Assembly (NCBI RefSeq): GCF_035594765.1
Contig: NC_085846.1
Span: 93,483,190 to 93,547,189, forward strand
Origin: Anolis carolinensis
Taxonomy: Eukaryota
Reading direction: 5' to 3'
Length of the DNA: 64,000 nucleotides
Position numbers and translations under genes: made by a program
The notes under the pieces: generated by a model
Told to the model about the DNA's origin: nothing
Seen by the model: only the letters and a program-made list of their open reading frames with translations
Databases searched by the model: none
In this document: positions 11,962 through 24,221 of the stretch, piece after piece
Position numbering within the stretch: the first letter of the stretch is position 1
Layout: the number at the start of each line of letters is the position of its first letter

Positions 11962-13600
11962 GTTTGGTGTGTGCATGTCTGTGGAAGGAAAGCTTAAAGG
12001 TATATCTGACTACATCCTCTGAAGTCTACAGATTTAAGCATTCATGTATCTCTTAGTCAGTAATACCCTGCCTAGAAAGCTAGTATAAAAACATAATGTG
12101 TCAAGATCTCAGTGAGTGGATAGCAAAACCTAGCTCAGGATTTCTTATTATTAATGGGGAAAAATTAATACGTTATGTTAAACTATGTGAAGTATGAAAG
12201 TTTTTTTTAACAGTCCTAAGAGGGGATTACCTATGTCACTGTGCCTGATGCTGAACAACCTGTTGTTTGTACCTTTAAAGTTGTCATTTTTAGCCTTCCC
12301 AAACTGGTGGTTTCCCAAAGATTTGGGTTACAAAACCACAATGCAATTACTGGTTAGAGATGGTAGAATTTGAACTTCAATAGATCAAGAAACCATGTTG
12401 GGAAAGTGTATCTTATTGTATCCAACAAACTGTCAATTCTGTTTTACAAATAATCTGTATCTCTCTTTTTTCCATCAATACCCATCATTCATGTTAACAT
12501 GATTGCTATATTCTGTGAACTCATTGTATTGTTAGGAGGTTAATATCCAATTAATTGTTCCAACATGAACCCCTGTAAAAATAGTGTGCCTTTTCTATCT
12601 TCATAAAGTATTCTTTGTTAATAGGTTTGGATTGCAGTAGGTTTATCTGATCCCTGGATTGGTAATGAGGGAACATCTAAAACCTTGGGGGGGGGGGGCA
12701 GTCTAGTCTCAACATTTTCATTACTCTTAATAAGGGAAATAATTATAATGAATATTTAATAATTAAGTAATTTTTTAAAGAAATTACCTTGAATTATTTT
12801 GGGGAAAAAAGCTTGGTTTTGCAGAGCTACAAATAGTTTTATGTGTGTTGATATACCAGATAAAATGAATACAACTCCTAAGATTGCACTTGTGGAAAAG
12901 CCACCTGCTACTATATATAAACGGGATTTCTGAAATGAAACAGTTGATTTAATTCAACACATTCAACATTCAAAACATTCATCAAATGCATGTGTTTAAA
13001 AGGGCTTGACCCAGTGGCACAGAGACTAAAATTAAAGTGTAATCCTATCCCTCCTCCTCAATCTTGATATCCTATTTTACTTAACTGGTTCTGATGTGCC
13101 TTTCAAAAAGACTAATCCAGTTTGCATTAGAGCACAGAATATAAACTAGTGTCTTATCCACCCTTGTTTTTCAGGCTGAGCTTTTACATGCTGCTCCCTA
13201 TCCAATCTCTTTTTGTTTCAATGCAATTTTTTAAAAAATTCAATGCAATTTTTTCAATGCAAGAGATTTCAATGCAATTTTTTTAAAAAAATCATTCATA
13301 TAAAACTGGGCCTACTCTCAGTTAAAAAGAAGTTCAACATCAATTGATTCCTTCCTTCTTCCTCCTTTCGAGTTGCCTACAACAAACAAGCAAAGCAAAC
13401 ATAACTTACACTATTTCCAGTCATCAGCAGTGAGTTTACAATAGTTTGATCTATGTTGCCTTTGACACTAATTGAATTGTAAACTAAAAGTTAATTAGTG
13501 AATAATTAATTTAATCCAAATTTTCTTCCCTCCTACTCCCACAACATTAAACCAAATTTATTTTTTCAAAAAGACACTCAACACACAGTGTTTGTGAGTA

Positions 13601-13923
13601 CAGTAGAGTCTCACTTATCCAACATAAACGGGCCGGCAGAATGTTGGATAAGCGAATATGTTGGATAATAAGGAGGCATTAAGGAAAAGCCTATTAAACA
13701 TCAAATTAGGTTATGATTTTACAAATGAAGCACCAAAACATCATGTTAGACAACAAATTTGTCAGAAAAAATAGTTCAATACGCAGTAATGTTATGTAGT
13801 AATTACTGTATTTATGAATTTAGCACCACAATATCACGATATATTGAAAACATTGACTACAAAAATGCGCTGGATAATCCAGAACGTTGGATAAGCGAGT
13901 GTTGGATAAGTGAGACTCTACTG
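13601..13923. mobile_element. Tc1/mariner (pogo/Tigger-like) MITE
   Basis: TIR CAGTAGAGTCTCACTTATCCAAC at both ends, TA target duplication. Confidence 0.9.
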
Positions 13924-15065
13924 TATTTGATAATTATTTCATATTGTTATTTTTTTAAGAACAGGGACAAGGAAGCAGATAATCAGAACAGATTCTTGAC
14001 CGGCAAAGGAAATGGAGGATGCAAACATGTTATACTTTCTCATATAGAAAATAACTTACCTAGAACAATTCCATACGGTTATCTCATAATCTACTACATT
14101 TTGCGAAGATTGCTCTGAAACCAAACCTCATTTCCGCAGGACTGTTTATACTGAACAAATACTTCTACCTCACTATGTGATTTCCACTCTATTTTAAAAT
14201 GTCACGTGTACAGTTCAGCCCTTAATGATGTTTTTGCCCATATATGCAGACTATTTGAGAGTAAGCTGCAATTAAACCAGGAAGTTTCAACCATAATATC
14301 CTGCTCCATCCATACAAAAAAACTGAATTATAGGTCTTTTGGGTTTTTAAGCCAAGATACCATCAGATGCAAACAAAAGTTCTTCTAGATCCTAGGAGGC
14401 AGAAAATTCACTGAACCTTATGTACTCAAGGGGCTCCATTCTACCTCAAGCACCCAAAATGGTTAGCCCCACTATCACACCACCCTGGTTGTTGCTGAAC
14501 TCTGCTCAGGCCAAAAAAGCAAGTGAGGAAAGATGGAGGGCTGCCCTTCTTTCTGGTTTGGGAAGGAAGGAGAAATGCTTCTTGCCTTTCCTTCTTCACA
14601 CTGAATCCTTAATATAAGCAAGTTGTTTTCCCTGCTCCCTCTAACCCCTCTTTAAGACCCCATTCTTGTTATTTTTCCATATTTATATTTTTTCTCTATC
14701 TGTATCTGTATAAAGGTAGACATTTTAAGATCAGTAATGCAATTTGCCCCCTCCCCCAGTAACCCCTCAAATAAACAGGTCTTTTCATCTTTAGCTCTTA
14801 CTATATGCATTTTAAAAAGGAGAGTCCCTAATGTTTACTCTCAACTTATCCACAGGACAAAGCAAAATCCATTAATTTTGGCCTGAAACCTTGTCCTCGG
14901 ATTACACGTGAAATTGACGTAATACACAAGTATTTAATGACCCATATTTTTTGGAATAATTTAATGGTTTGCTATGCCATTTTTTGCCTTTGGAAGCCAC
15001 CCTGAGTCTCTTAAGGGAGAGCGGGCAGGTTAAAAATAAAGATTATTATTATTATATTATTATTA

Positions 15066-15787
15066 ATGCAAAGATATAGAATGGAGTACACCTGGCTCGA
15101 CAGCAGTACGTGTAAAAAAGATCTTGGAATCCTCATGGACAACAAGTTAAACATGAGCCAACAATGTGATGAGGAAGCTAAAAAAGCCAATGAGATTTTG
15201 GCCCGGCATAAATAGGAGTATAGTGTCTAGATCCAAGGTAGTCCTGCTACCCCTCTATTCTGCCTTGGTCAGACCATACCTGGAATACCGTGTCCAATTC
15301 TGGGCATCGCAATTTAAGGGAGATGTTGACAAGCTGGAATGTGTCCAAAGAAAGGCGACTCAAATGATCAAGGGTCTGGAGAACAAGCCCTATGAGGAAA
15401 AGCTTAAAGAGCTGGGTATGTTTAGCCTGCAGAAGAGAAGGCTGAGAGGAGACATGATGATCATTTATAAATATGTGAGGGGAAGTCACAGGGAGGAGGG
15501 AGCAAGCTTGTTTTCTGCTGCCCTGGAGACTAGGATGCAGAACAATAGCTTCAAATTACAGGAAAGGAGATTCTACCTGAACATTAGGAAGAACTTCCTA
15601 ACTGTGAGAGCTGTTCAGCAGTGGGACTATCTGCCCCGAAGTGTAATGGAGGCTCCTTCTTTGGAGTCTTTTAAACAGACTGGATGACCATCTGTTCGGC
15701 GTGCTTTGAATGTGATATTCCTGCTTCTTGGCAGGGTGTTGGACTGGATAGCCCATGAGGTCTCTTCTAACTCTATGATTTTATGAT
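15066..15787 (+). mobile_element. CR1 LINE 3' fragment (older than the copy at 1152)
   Basis: ORF 15166..15687 homologous to the C-terminus of the 1235..2647 ORF; CR1 3' UTR and ATTCTATG-like tail. Confidence 0.9.
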
Positions 15788-16740
15788 GACGATGATGATT
15801 ATAACAGACAGTTTCGCCAATAGTGCTTCATACCATCAATAGATCACACACTATTAAAGGAGATCAGAGTGAATGCAGATCTGGATTCAGACAGTAAATA
15901 TTGATTCCAATAGTACAGTAGTATCAGTTCTTTTTTCTAAAGACTAAACAGCTGAAGAAAATAACAAAGGATATATCTATTATTGCTTTTACCACAGTAT
16001 ATAATCATAGTACCCCTTATACTATGGATGAGTAACCTTTGGACCACCATAAATTTTGATCTACAATCCCAATCAGCACCACCCATCATGAAGGACCATG
16101 GGAGATATAATTCAAAATACAGTATCTGAAAGTCCCACAGATGAGCTTAACAGAAAGCTAATGTCACTAATCTTTGCAATGTAATCCGCATGCTTTCTTA
16201 ATACTATAATATAGAAAACCTTACCAACATCACTGTGTACAAACATTTCCCATACAGATGTCAAAGCAGAAAAAAATTATATTACCTAAAACTGTGAATT
16301 TAATGCACACTCTTATGAACATAGCATAGTGATACTGCAAATCATACTATTAGCACATAAAGTGATAAAATTTAAGAATACGTATCTTAAAACTACAAGA
16401 CGATTTAGAAATTTTAATTGATCCAGGAAGGAAACAAAAACTAGAGCTACCAAACCAAAGTATCAATTTTCTCAACAATTATTAACATAGATTGTACCTC
16501 TATCACAGGTTGCAAAGCACTGTCACTGAGGAAGTTAAGATCAGTAGACACACAGAGCAATTGGCTGCAGTACTTTCCCTTCAGGAGCATTACTCTGAAG
16601 GAAATATCTTTGGTTATCCAATGGATGAGTCAGCAGATCAAAGTAACACTAAAGAGGCGCTTAAAATATAAGAAAAGCGAGAACTTGCCTGCACAGATGC
16701 AGCACTCTCAATTTTTCAATTAGAGCTGAAATGACTTAAA

Positions 16741-16812
16741 GACACCAGATCCTGTTTGATCTTGGAAGCCAACTAATCCCTGGTTGGCACTTGGATGGGA
16801 GAATATTCCTTG
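16741..16812 (+). mobile_element. 5S rRNA-derived SINE head (degenerate)
   Basis: GATCCTGTTTGATCTTGGAAGC...CCTGGTTGGCACTTGGATGGGAGA resembles 5S rRNA including box C. Confidence 0.6.
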
Positions 16813-18694
16813 CCTGAGAAAACTATGGTTGTCAGGCGATTTGAAGGCATGTGTATACACACCCAGCGCACTCAAGGCCAAAGGACAATCCATTCCCTAC
16901 CAAACTTTCTCTATGTAAGATCCCCTCTGCCCTATTGTGGAAGTCTTTCTTTGCACTGGAGTTCAGTGCAACATTATTATCATAATCCTTTGGATATGGC
17001 TTCTGAGATTCAGAATTCTGTAAGGTAGGTAAAGACAAACAATGATTACACAAGCTGCCTTCTGCTCAAACACTGGATACAAATAGACCAAGGTTACACT
17101 GCTGTTGCTAATGGATCTGATATTGTCTGTGGTTTACAGTCCTTTGTCTCACAAGGCCAAGAAGGGGAGTGACCTGTGCCCACACTGATATCCCTAGGGA
17201 CTAACTGATCATTTAATGCAGTTTGCAGCTAGATTCAAACTGTGGTGGCCAGACAACAAACACCCATGAAAGTGTGCAAAGCCCTAAATATGCACCAGTC
17301 TCTGTGATTTGTGTAATCACCATTTGGGTTTCAAACTAGTTCCAGGATTCCCTATGGAATCATCAACACAGCAAAACCACTTTTTTCAATACCAATCTGA
17401 AACTGCATTAAATGGTCGGTGTAGATTAGCCTTTGAACAACTCTGACTGATGAAGGAGCCAACGAAGCTTCAAAAGCTGGCATGAAGTATTTTGCACAAC
17501 ATTTATTATTGTATTCATTATAAACTATTGCTAATTAAATGTAGCTCTTTTACAGCATGGCTCTATGTATGGGTATTAAGAAATAAGCAGTCATTAATTT
17601 ATTGGGACTTAAAAAGTAATTCACAACAAATGCATACGCTTCAGCTAGTCTATTGTTTTACCTACTTACCACTTCAGTCAGACTCCTACATTACATAAAA
17701 GCCAGAAATTCAACATGAAATTCAATGTATTTCATCAGAATTAATGATGAATCCAAATTAGAATAAACTCATAAAGATTTGCAATATGTATATTGTGTAA
17801 GGTTCCATTGCAGAAATGTGATTCCTTCTTGTCTTCCAAATACGGCACAACCTCTGTACTGGCATCCACCAAACATGTCCTTTCTGTGAATTTATGTCCC
17901 CTAGGTGATCCTAGGGCATGCTTCCACTAGCCGTCCTCCAGGGTGAATCTATTTTAATCTCTGGTGGAAGTCATTCATTTCAGTAGTCTTGATTATTATC
18001 CATGGTTTTATATTTCCACATTACGTTCAGGAATGTATCCCTCATATATACAGGGGATATATACTATATCTCCAAAATCAAAGGAAACATGTCATCTGTG
18101 ATCTCATAATTTTGATAAGATATACTTGATTTAAGACACAACGGTATCAATAACTGAAAACATGGATAATAGTGACTCTTATACTTTGACTATATTTTGG
18201 CTGGAAGCATACCATAGAATTGCACTGGTAGACCTAGAGATGCCCACAAGCATTTTGGGGGGAGGGGGAATATTTTTTCGAGTGTGGGTAAGTGAAAAGC
18301 CATGGATATCAAATCCATGAATAGTGGAATAATTCTGTATATTTTTAGAAATGACTTCATATCTGTTATATACTCTTAGTCTTAATTGATTTTATAATCT
18401 AATTCATTGTGTTGCACAATATATTGGTACTTCATAAAATTTTAAGTCTGTGGAACCCTGCAGATATAAGATTGCAGCTATTCAGCTGACTAAAGAGATC
18501 GGTCACATAGCTAGCATTCCAACAAATGCCCTTGAACACCTGTCAGCATGTTAGCAAGTTCAAAAAAGCAAGAGATTTTAGATCTTCAAGAGATGAACAA
18601 ATTATACAAAACATTTTATTAGCATTTAAGGTTCAGTGCACAGTTATGTTTGCAATGATAACTGAGCAAATTAATGTTTTGTAAGCCACTCTGA

Positions 18695-18994
18695 GGGCCC
18701 TTCCAGACAGGCCCTATGTCCCAGGATCTGATCCCAGGTTTTCTGTTTATCCCAGATTTTCTGACAGTAGGTAAGGTAAAGGTTTTCCCCTGACGTTAAG
18801 TCCAGTCATTTCTGACTCTGGGGGTTGGTGCTCATCTCCATTTCTAAGCCGAAGAGCCGGCGTTGTCCATAGACTCCTCCAAAGTCATGTGGCCGGCGTG
18901 ACTGCATGGAGCACCGGACGAACTCATATAAAGCAGTTTAAAGCAGAAAACCTGGAATCAGATCCTAGGATACAGGGCCTGTCTGGAAGGGTCC
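18695..18994. mobile_element. PIF/Harbinger-like MITE containing a Sauria SINE 3' fragment (minus, ~18770-18914)
   Basis: TIR GGGCCCTTCCAGACAGGCCCT / AGGGCCTGTCTGGAAGGGTCC, 3-bp TSD TGA; the insert is the reverse complement of the Sauria SINE tail (ACCTTT). Confidence 0.75.
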
Positions 18995-19694
18995 TGAGGG
19001 CCTCTGTAGCTGAAGAGTGAGATAGAAATACTCTAAATATAAATAAATAATAAATAAAGACATCTACTTCCTCTCTGCTAGAATATTCAGATGAACTGAA
19101 TATTACAAGTGAACTATATTTGTCCATTAGATGCATCACACTGTACTCATGTGCTTCCATTCTAAACAATGCTCCCTGTCTGAATGCATGCTGTGTCATA
19201 AGACTGACTTCTGTAATAGAGAAGTTTCTCTATATACAAACTGGAAATTCAGATTGGTGGAATTATAATAGTTTTCCTAATGTTCCATTTAATCCCAACA
19301 AAGGGAATAGGAAATCATTCTACCACCAGCTTCTTTCCCAAACATAGTAAACTTTTAATTTAAATAAGTTCCTTTGGAAAAGGCTTTTTTTTTCAGTAGT
19401 GTGGAAAATGTAAAGTTTGTATAAGTTTGTACCATTGTGAATGAGCATTCAGGAGTGAAAGTATTAAAATGTAACACTACCTTGAGAAACCGGGAAGCCA
19501 AAGTGAGATGTATTGTTTATACAACACAATATTCTTTAAACTTTGTCTTCTAAGTGGCCAGACGAGCACTGCCTCCTTTTAAAGCTCTTGTTTATAAAGA
19601 TTTATTCTCATCTGCTCCTGTGTAGTGTCCTTGGTCATTAAATTTTAGTATGAAAAAAATCACAGTACATTTTATTTTTATAGTAAATAACAGA

Positions 19695-19930
19695 GGGGCA
19701 GTATGTTAGCCTGCTGCAGCCAAAAGCAAGAATTCCGTGGCAAGCTAAACCTTAACAGATTTATTATGGCATGGACAGGAGAAGTTAGCATCCAGAAGCC
19801 AGTGAGAGAGCATTTCAATCTCCCCAAACATTATGTAAGATTGGACATTTACCAATGTTTTAACAGATGGAAACCTCCAGTATGATACTGTTAAATTAGA
19901 TATTATGTGAAGATTTAATATTATCACATT
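19695..19930. mobile_element. Penelope-like element fragment
   Basis: Translation KPVREHFNLPKH resembles the Penelope/Neptune GIY-YIG C-terminal motif. Confidence 0.5.
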
Positions 19931-22339
19931 TGGGCTCAGAAGTAATTAGCTGATTACAGGAAATAGCTGTTTATTGTCAGAGGTGAACACACATTCTTCC
20001 TCTTGCCTTCAATTAATCAGTTACTGGTAGGAGTTCACACATATGTCCCAATTGTATCCCACTTTTGACTTGTTATTGTTTTCATTTGGATTCTAAATAG
20101 AAATTCAATTCCTTTTCTGCAATACTGAGACTTAAGGCTTTATTTTGCAACATTTTGCTAGTAATTTTCTGAAAGCATTACTAGTTCCTGTATATGTACC
20201 CAACTAATGACAACATGCAATGTTTCTAACAGATGTATCACGAATGGTAAAAGCTGGACAGGTTTAAATCTGCTTTTAAAACTTCATATCTAATAAAAAA
20301 GAATCTGATTAACTGATGTTTGTGCCATTAAGTCTAATGACAACTATGCTCCTTTAACATTATAGCTGATGTTGGTAAAGAGACTAATGTTTAGGCAATA
20401 AAACATTCCGTCTTCCATGTTTACAAAACACAGAAGTCTAGCTTAACTGCATTACAGACTGCACTTCACCTTGGCTAAACTATTCACACGTACTGAAATG
20501 TTTAATCATATTAAATATAGAGGTGTAATTAGTACAGAATTTAGTTCTGTGAGAAGATGAACAAGAAGAACCAGATGAAGACTGCCTTGACACAGAGTTG
20601 GGAATGGTACTCTGGCTTTATGACATAAATTCTATACGATATAGAGATCCAGGGATAACTTTTGCATTTTCATGAGGTGATCTTCACAGGCAGTGCAGCT
20701 ATTGATTTGTTGTAGTTAAACCCTGCCACCATTGCTACATGTCTCCCAAGGGTCTCCTTTTCACTAGATATTATGTTATATAAATAAATTTTGGCATTTT
20801 AATGCCAAACAGAACAGAACATCAAGATTTAAAAAAAAACAGCAATTGTGTCACTGGTCTAAGCAGACTCAGGCCATAGCCAAAAGAAAAATCTACTTGG
20901 TGAGGTGTGCCTGAAACAACCTCACTACACAAGCCTTTTAGATCAAAAGCAACAACCTAATAAAAAGGTGGCTACTTTTCTCAGCCAAAATAGCCAACTT
21001 TGAGAGGGGTTTTTGGAATACAGGTGGATATGGATAAAAGAACATAACCTTTACTCCATCTACCACAGGTTTATTCCAAATCACCTTCCCAAAGCTATTC
21101 TTTCTCTGAAAAACAGCTACTGGGCTTTTTAGACATATGTGGCTATGCCCTAACAGGTTAATGACAACCTTTTATTTAGGATGCATTCACACTGTAGAAT
21201 GAGTGCAGTTTGCCATGGCTCAATATTATGGAATCATGGGATTAATAGTTTGCTGAGGCACCAGCACTCTTTGCAAGTGAAAGTTAAAAGCTTCTATAGT
21301 GTAGATGATCTTGACCACAATCTGCATTTTATCCATTTGTAGAAGTACAATCCAGGAAAAACAAGATTACGATTGCACTAATTATATCAAGAGGCCTAAC
21401 TTGACAAGTAAACACTGAGTGGATAACAACCCAATGGGCATACTGTATTTAGCATTGGTTTTGTATTTATTCTTCCACATATAAAAGGACACACTCTAAC
21501 AAATCTTGTTAATTTTCTTTTCCTGTCAGAATCACCAATGCAGAACCAAAGGCTTAAAATTGCCTGTGCATCTACACTAGAAAAGAGGGTATGTATGTGG
21601 AAGGCAGGGGCGAATTCATCACTCATTGAATCTGCAATAATAAGAGAAAGCGGTTTGCTATATTTTACATGGTAAACTGATTTTCTGTGTGAGCTCAAAT
21701 AGTCACTTCTGAAACCAGATTCCAAAATTCCTGGACCAGCTCAGCTCCATCACATAGGGAGACACCTTTCCCCAACTACCACATATATATCCCACATTTA
21801 AAAGAGATCTGTCATGACACAACATCTGCATGAAATGTGTGTACTCTCTCCTGAAAGATGACAAAGTGACAACCAGTTGCAACTCCATTCTCCATTTGCC
21901 CAGAAACCAGAGGTCTGCCTAAATCCATGAGGACTTTTCCTTCTGCCTGCCAGCTACTGCAGATCCTTTCAGGAAACTCTCTTTCTACAAAATGTATGTA
22001 CCTTCTCTTCTCCAGCAACTCCCAGAAATTAATGACACGAAAGCAGGCATCCCTGAGCCTGAATCACAACAACTTCATTTCCCCAAGTCTTACTTAGCTC
22101 AACATCCCCCAGTATACTCACCAGAGAAATTGGATATTAGGATCTATAACTAAAAAGGGAGTTGGAAGTCATTTCTAAACAATGCAGTAGTCTGCATAGT
22201 TTATATGCTCCTGCGATAGTAGTTTCTTTTCTACTATGTTTGTATGTTTTTGATCTGTTAATAAAAACTTGAGCAAATTCTGAAATACTCTCAAAATAAT
22301 AATCTGTCCAGTGAGACAATACTTTCACTGCTAATCAAG

Positions 22340-22556
22340 CAGGCCAACTGCAACATTCACACTTGCCTCAGGCAGACAAAAGTTCTTTCCCCCACCCTGA
22401 ACCTTCCACAGATATATAAACCTCCCATGCCTAGTTTCCAATATACCTCACAAGCACTGAGGATAACCACCATAGATGTGTGCAAAATGTCAGGAGAATG
22501 CTCCTGGAACATGGCCATACAGCCCGTCCGGCCATGAAAGCCTTCGACAACACAAT
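22340..22556 (+). mobile_element. Penelope-like terminal-repeat fragment with a decayed minimal hammerhead
   Basis: Shares GCAACATTCACACTTGCCTC...CAGAC...AGTTCTTTC with 63960-64000; contains CTGAGGA (22457)...GCAAAATGTCAGG, a degenerate CUGANGA/GAAA core. Confidence 0.6.
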
Positions 22557-22793
22557 TTAGTATGCCCTTTTCCTTTCTGTTACTACTTGATTTCTTATGT
22601 GTGCCTGATGTAATCGGAATGCATGTGATTTTGAAAAATTGAACAAGACGAAAAATGAAAAGAAGCCCTCCCCTTTTCCTGTCACATGGCATTTCTATGC
22701 TGCAGAATGAATGCAGCTTGAGACTACTTTTTACTGCCATGGCTATAAGGCCCCGTGAGTTGTTGTTTTACAAGCTGCCCCATCACACTAGAG

Positions 22794-22927
22794 CAGTGGT
22801 TCTCAACCTGGGTCCCCAGATGTTTTTGGCCTTCAACTCTCAGAAATCCTAACAGCTGGTAAACTGGCTAGGATTTCTGGAAGTTGTAGGCCAAAAACAT
22901 CTGGGGACCCCAGGTTGAGAACCACTG
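22794..22927. mobile_element. hAT MITE with SPIN/Charlie-like TIR
   Basis: TIR CAGTGGTTCTCAACCTGGG / CCCAGGTTGAGAACCACTG; perfect 8-bp TSD CACTAGAG. Confidence 0.9.
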
Positions 22928-23143
22928 CACTAGAGCATGAATCCACTAAAAATCCGGTTTCTGCCTCCTGCAGAATTCTGGGGTTTGTAGTTTGGTGAGG
23001 CCCAGGACCTGTCTGGCTTAGCTGTTTAAAACCCTCTCCTTAAAGTGGATTTAAAGTGGATCCAAGTGTGATGAGGTCTTTTGCCATCTCTTGGGTCAGG
23101 ATTCCATAGCAATGAGCTGTGGCTGTTAAAAGTGGTGTCAAAC

Positions 23144-23334
23144 GGGCAAACTTGGGTCTTCCCTCCAAGTGTTTTGGACTCCAACGCCCACCATTCCCAA
23201 CAGCCTCAGGCCCCTTCCTTTTCCCCCTCAGCCGCTTAAGCGGCTGAGGGGGGAAAGGAAAGGGCCTGAGGCTGTTGGGAATGGTGGGCGTTGGAGTCCA
23301 AAACACCTGGCGGTCCAAAGTTTGCCCAGACCTG
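23144..23334. mobile_element. Palindromic hAT (URR1-like) MITE, left terminus clipped
   Basis: Near-perfect ~190-bp palindrome centred on CCGCTT|AAGCGG (23237/23238); same family as 59904-60104. Confidence 0.85.
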
Positions 23335-23479
23335 GTGTAGATGCACTCGTTTCAAAATGGGCATTCTCTTGCCTGGGCAAAGCACCCATTTCCTTTCCTT
23401 CCTTAATGGTCGCTGCAGAAAAAGACTCGAAGGAACTCTACAGAATGAAAGAAACGGTTTTTCCCAAATATACTCACAA

Positions 23480-23900
23480 GAGGCCCTCCTCCCCGGAGCC
23501 CGCCTTGGTCCATCCACGAAGCGGCCCTTCTGAGGGAAAGCGCCTTCTCACTCACTCACTCACTGCCTGGCACGGTTGCCTCTTCTCTCCTGAGGGAGGG
23601 AGACAGGGCTGGGCTTCCTGCAGAAGACCCTGGGAGAGGCCCCTTTGTTCTCCTCCCCGGCTTCGCCCAGAGAGGCCTGGCTCGGCTCCTCTCTCAGCGG
23701 ACCGCCTCTTCGGGAGCCTCCAAAACCACGACCACCGCGGCGTCACATCAACGGCCCAGGCCTCCGACCTGGAAGTTCCTCCGCAGCCGCGCCGGAAACG
23801 GATCTGCCGCCTCAGTCGCCGGCTGAAGGGGCGGGGAAGTGAAGTGGAGTGTGGAGGATGCTGCCCTGTCAGGAGGAAAAGGCTTCTGCGCCGGTAAGGA
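23480..23900. promoter_or_regulatory. CpG-island bidirectional promoter of ANKIB1 (-) and KRIT1 (+), with non-coding first exons
   Basis: CpG-rich island in AT-rich surroundings; ETS-like GGAAGT/CCGGAA, GC box GGGGCGGGG (~23828-23836), CGTCA half-CRE; plus-strand donor CCG|GTAAGG at 23894 (KRIT1 exon 1); minus-strand GTGAGT donors at 23563/23559/23555 and 23477 (ANKIB1 exon 1). Confidence 0.8.
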
Positions 23901-23931
23901 AAAGAAAGAAGAGGGTCTCTAGAAGGACTGA

Positions 23932-24197
23932 GGCCCCATCCACACAGCTGAATAATATCCCACATTATCTGCTTTGAACTGGAATATATGACAGTGTGGA
24001 CTCAGGGCCCTTCCACACTGCCATATAACCCAGAAAATCAAGGCAGAGAATCCCACAGTATCTGCTTTTGAGGCCTAGGCCCCTTCCACACAGCTGAATA
24101 AAATGCCACATTATCTGCTTTGAATTGGAATATGTGGACTCAGATAACCCAGTTCAAAGCAGATATGCCGGGTTATATGGCTGTGTGGAAGGACCCT
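23932..24197. mobile_element. Cluster of Harbinger-like MITE units
   Basis: Repeated GGCCCCTTCCACACAGC...ATCTGCTTTGAACTGG units; related copies at 25359-25524, 26343-26590, 59122-59422 and 61850-61980. Confidence 0.65.
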
Positions 24198-24221
24198 TAA
24201 TTGCCAAGGTTTAATGCTATA

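Noticed and set aside
23040-23965. Several 90-240 aa ORFs on both strands (e.g. 23169..23897)
   Set aside because: Products of a GC-rich palindromic MITE plus CpG island; near-identical peptides appear on both strands and again at 59867-60133.
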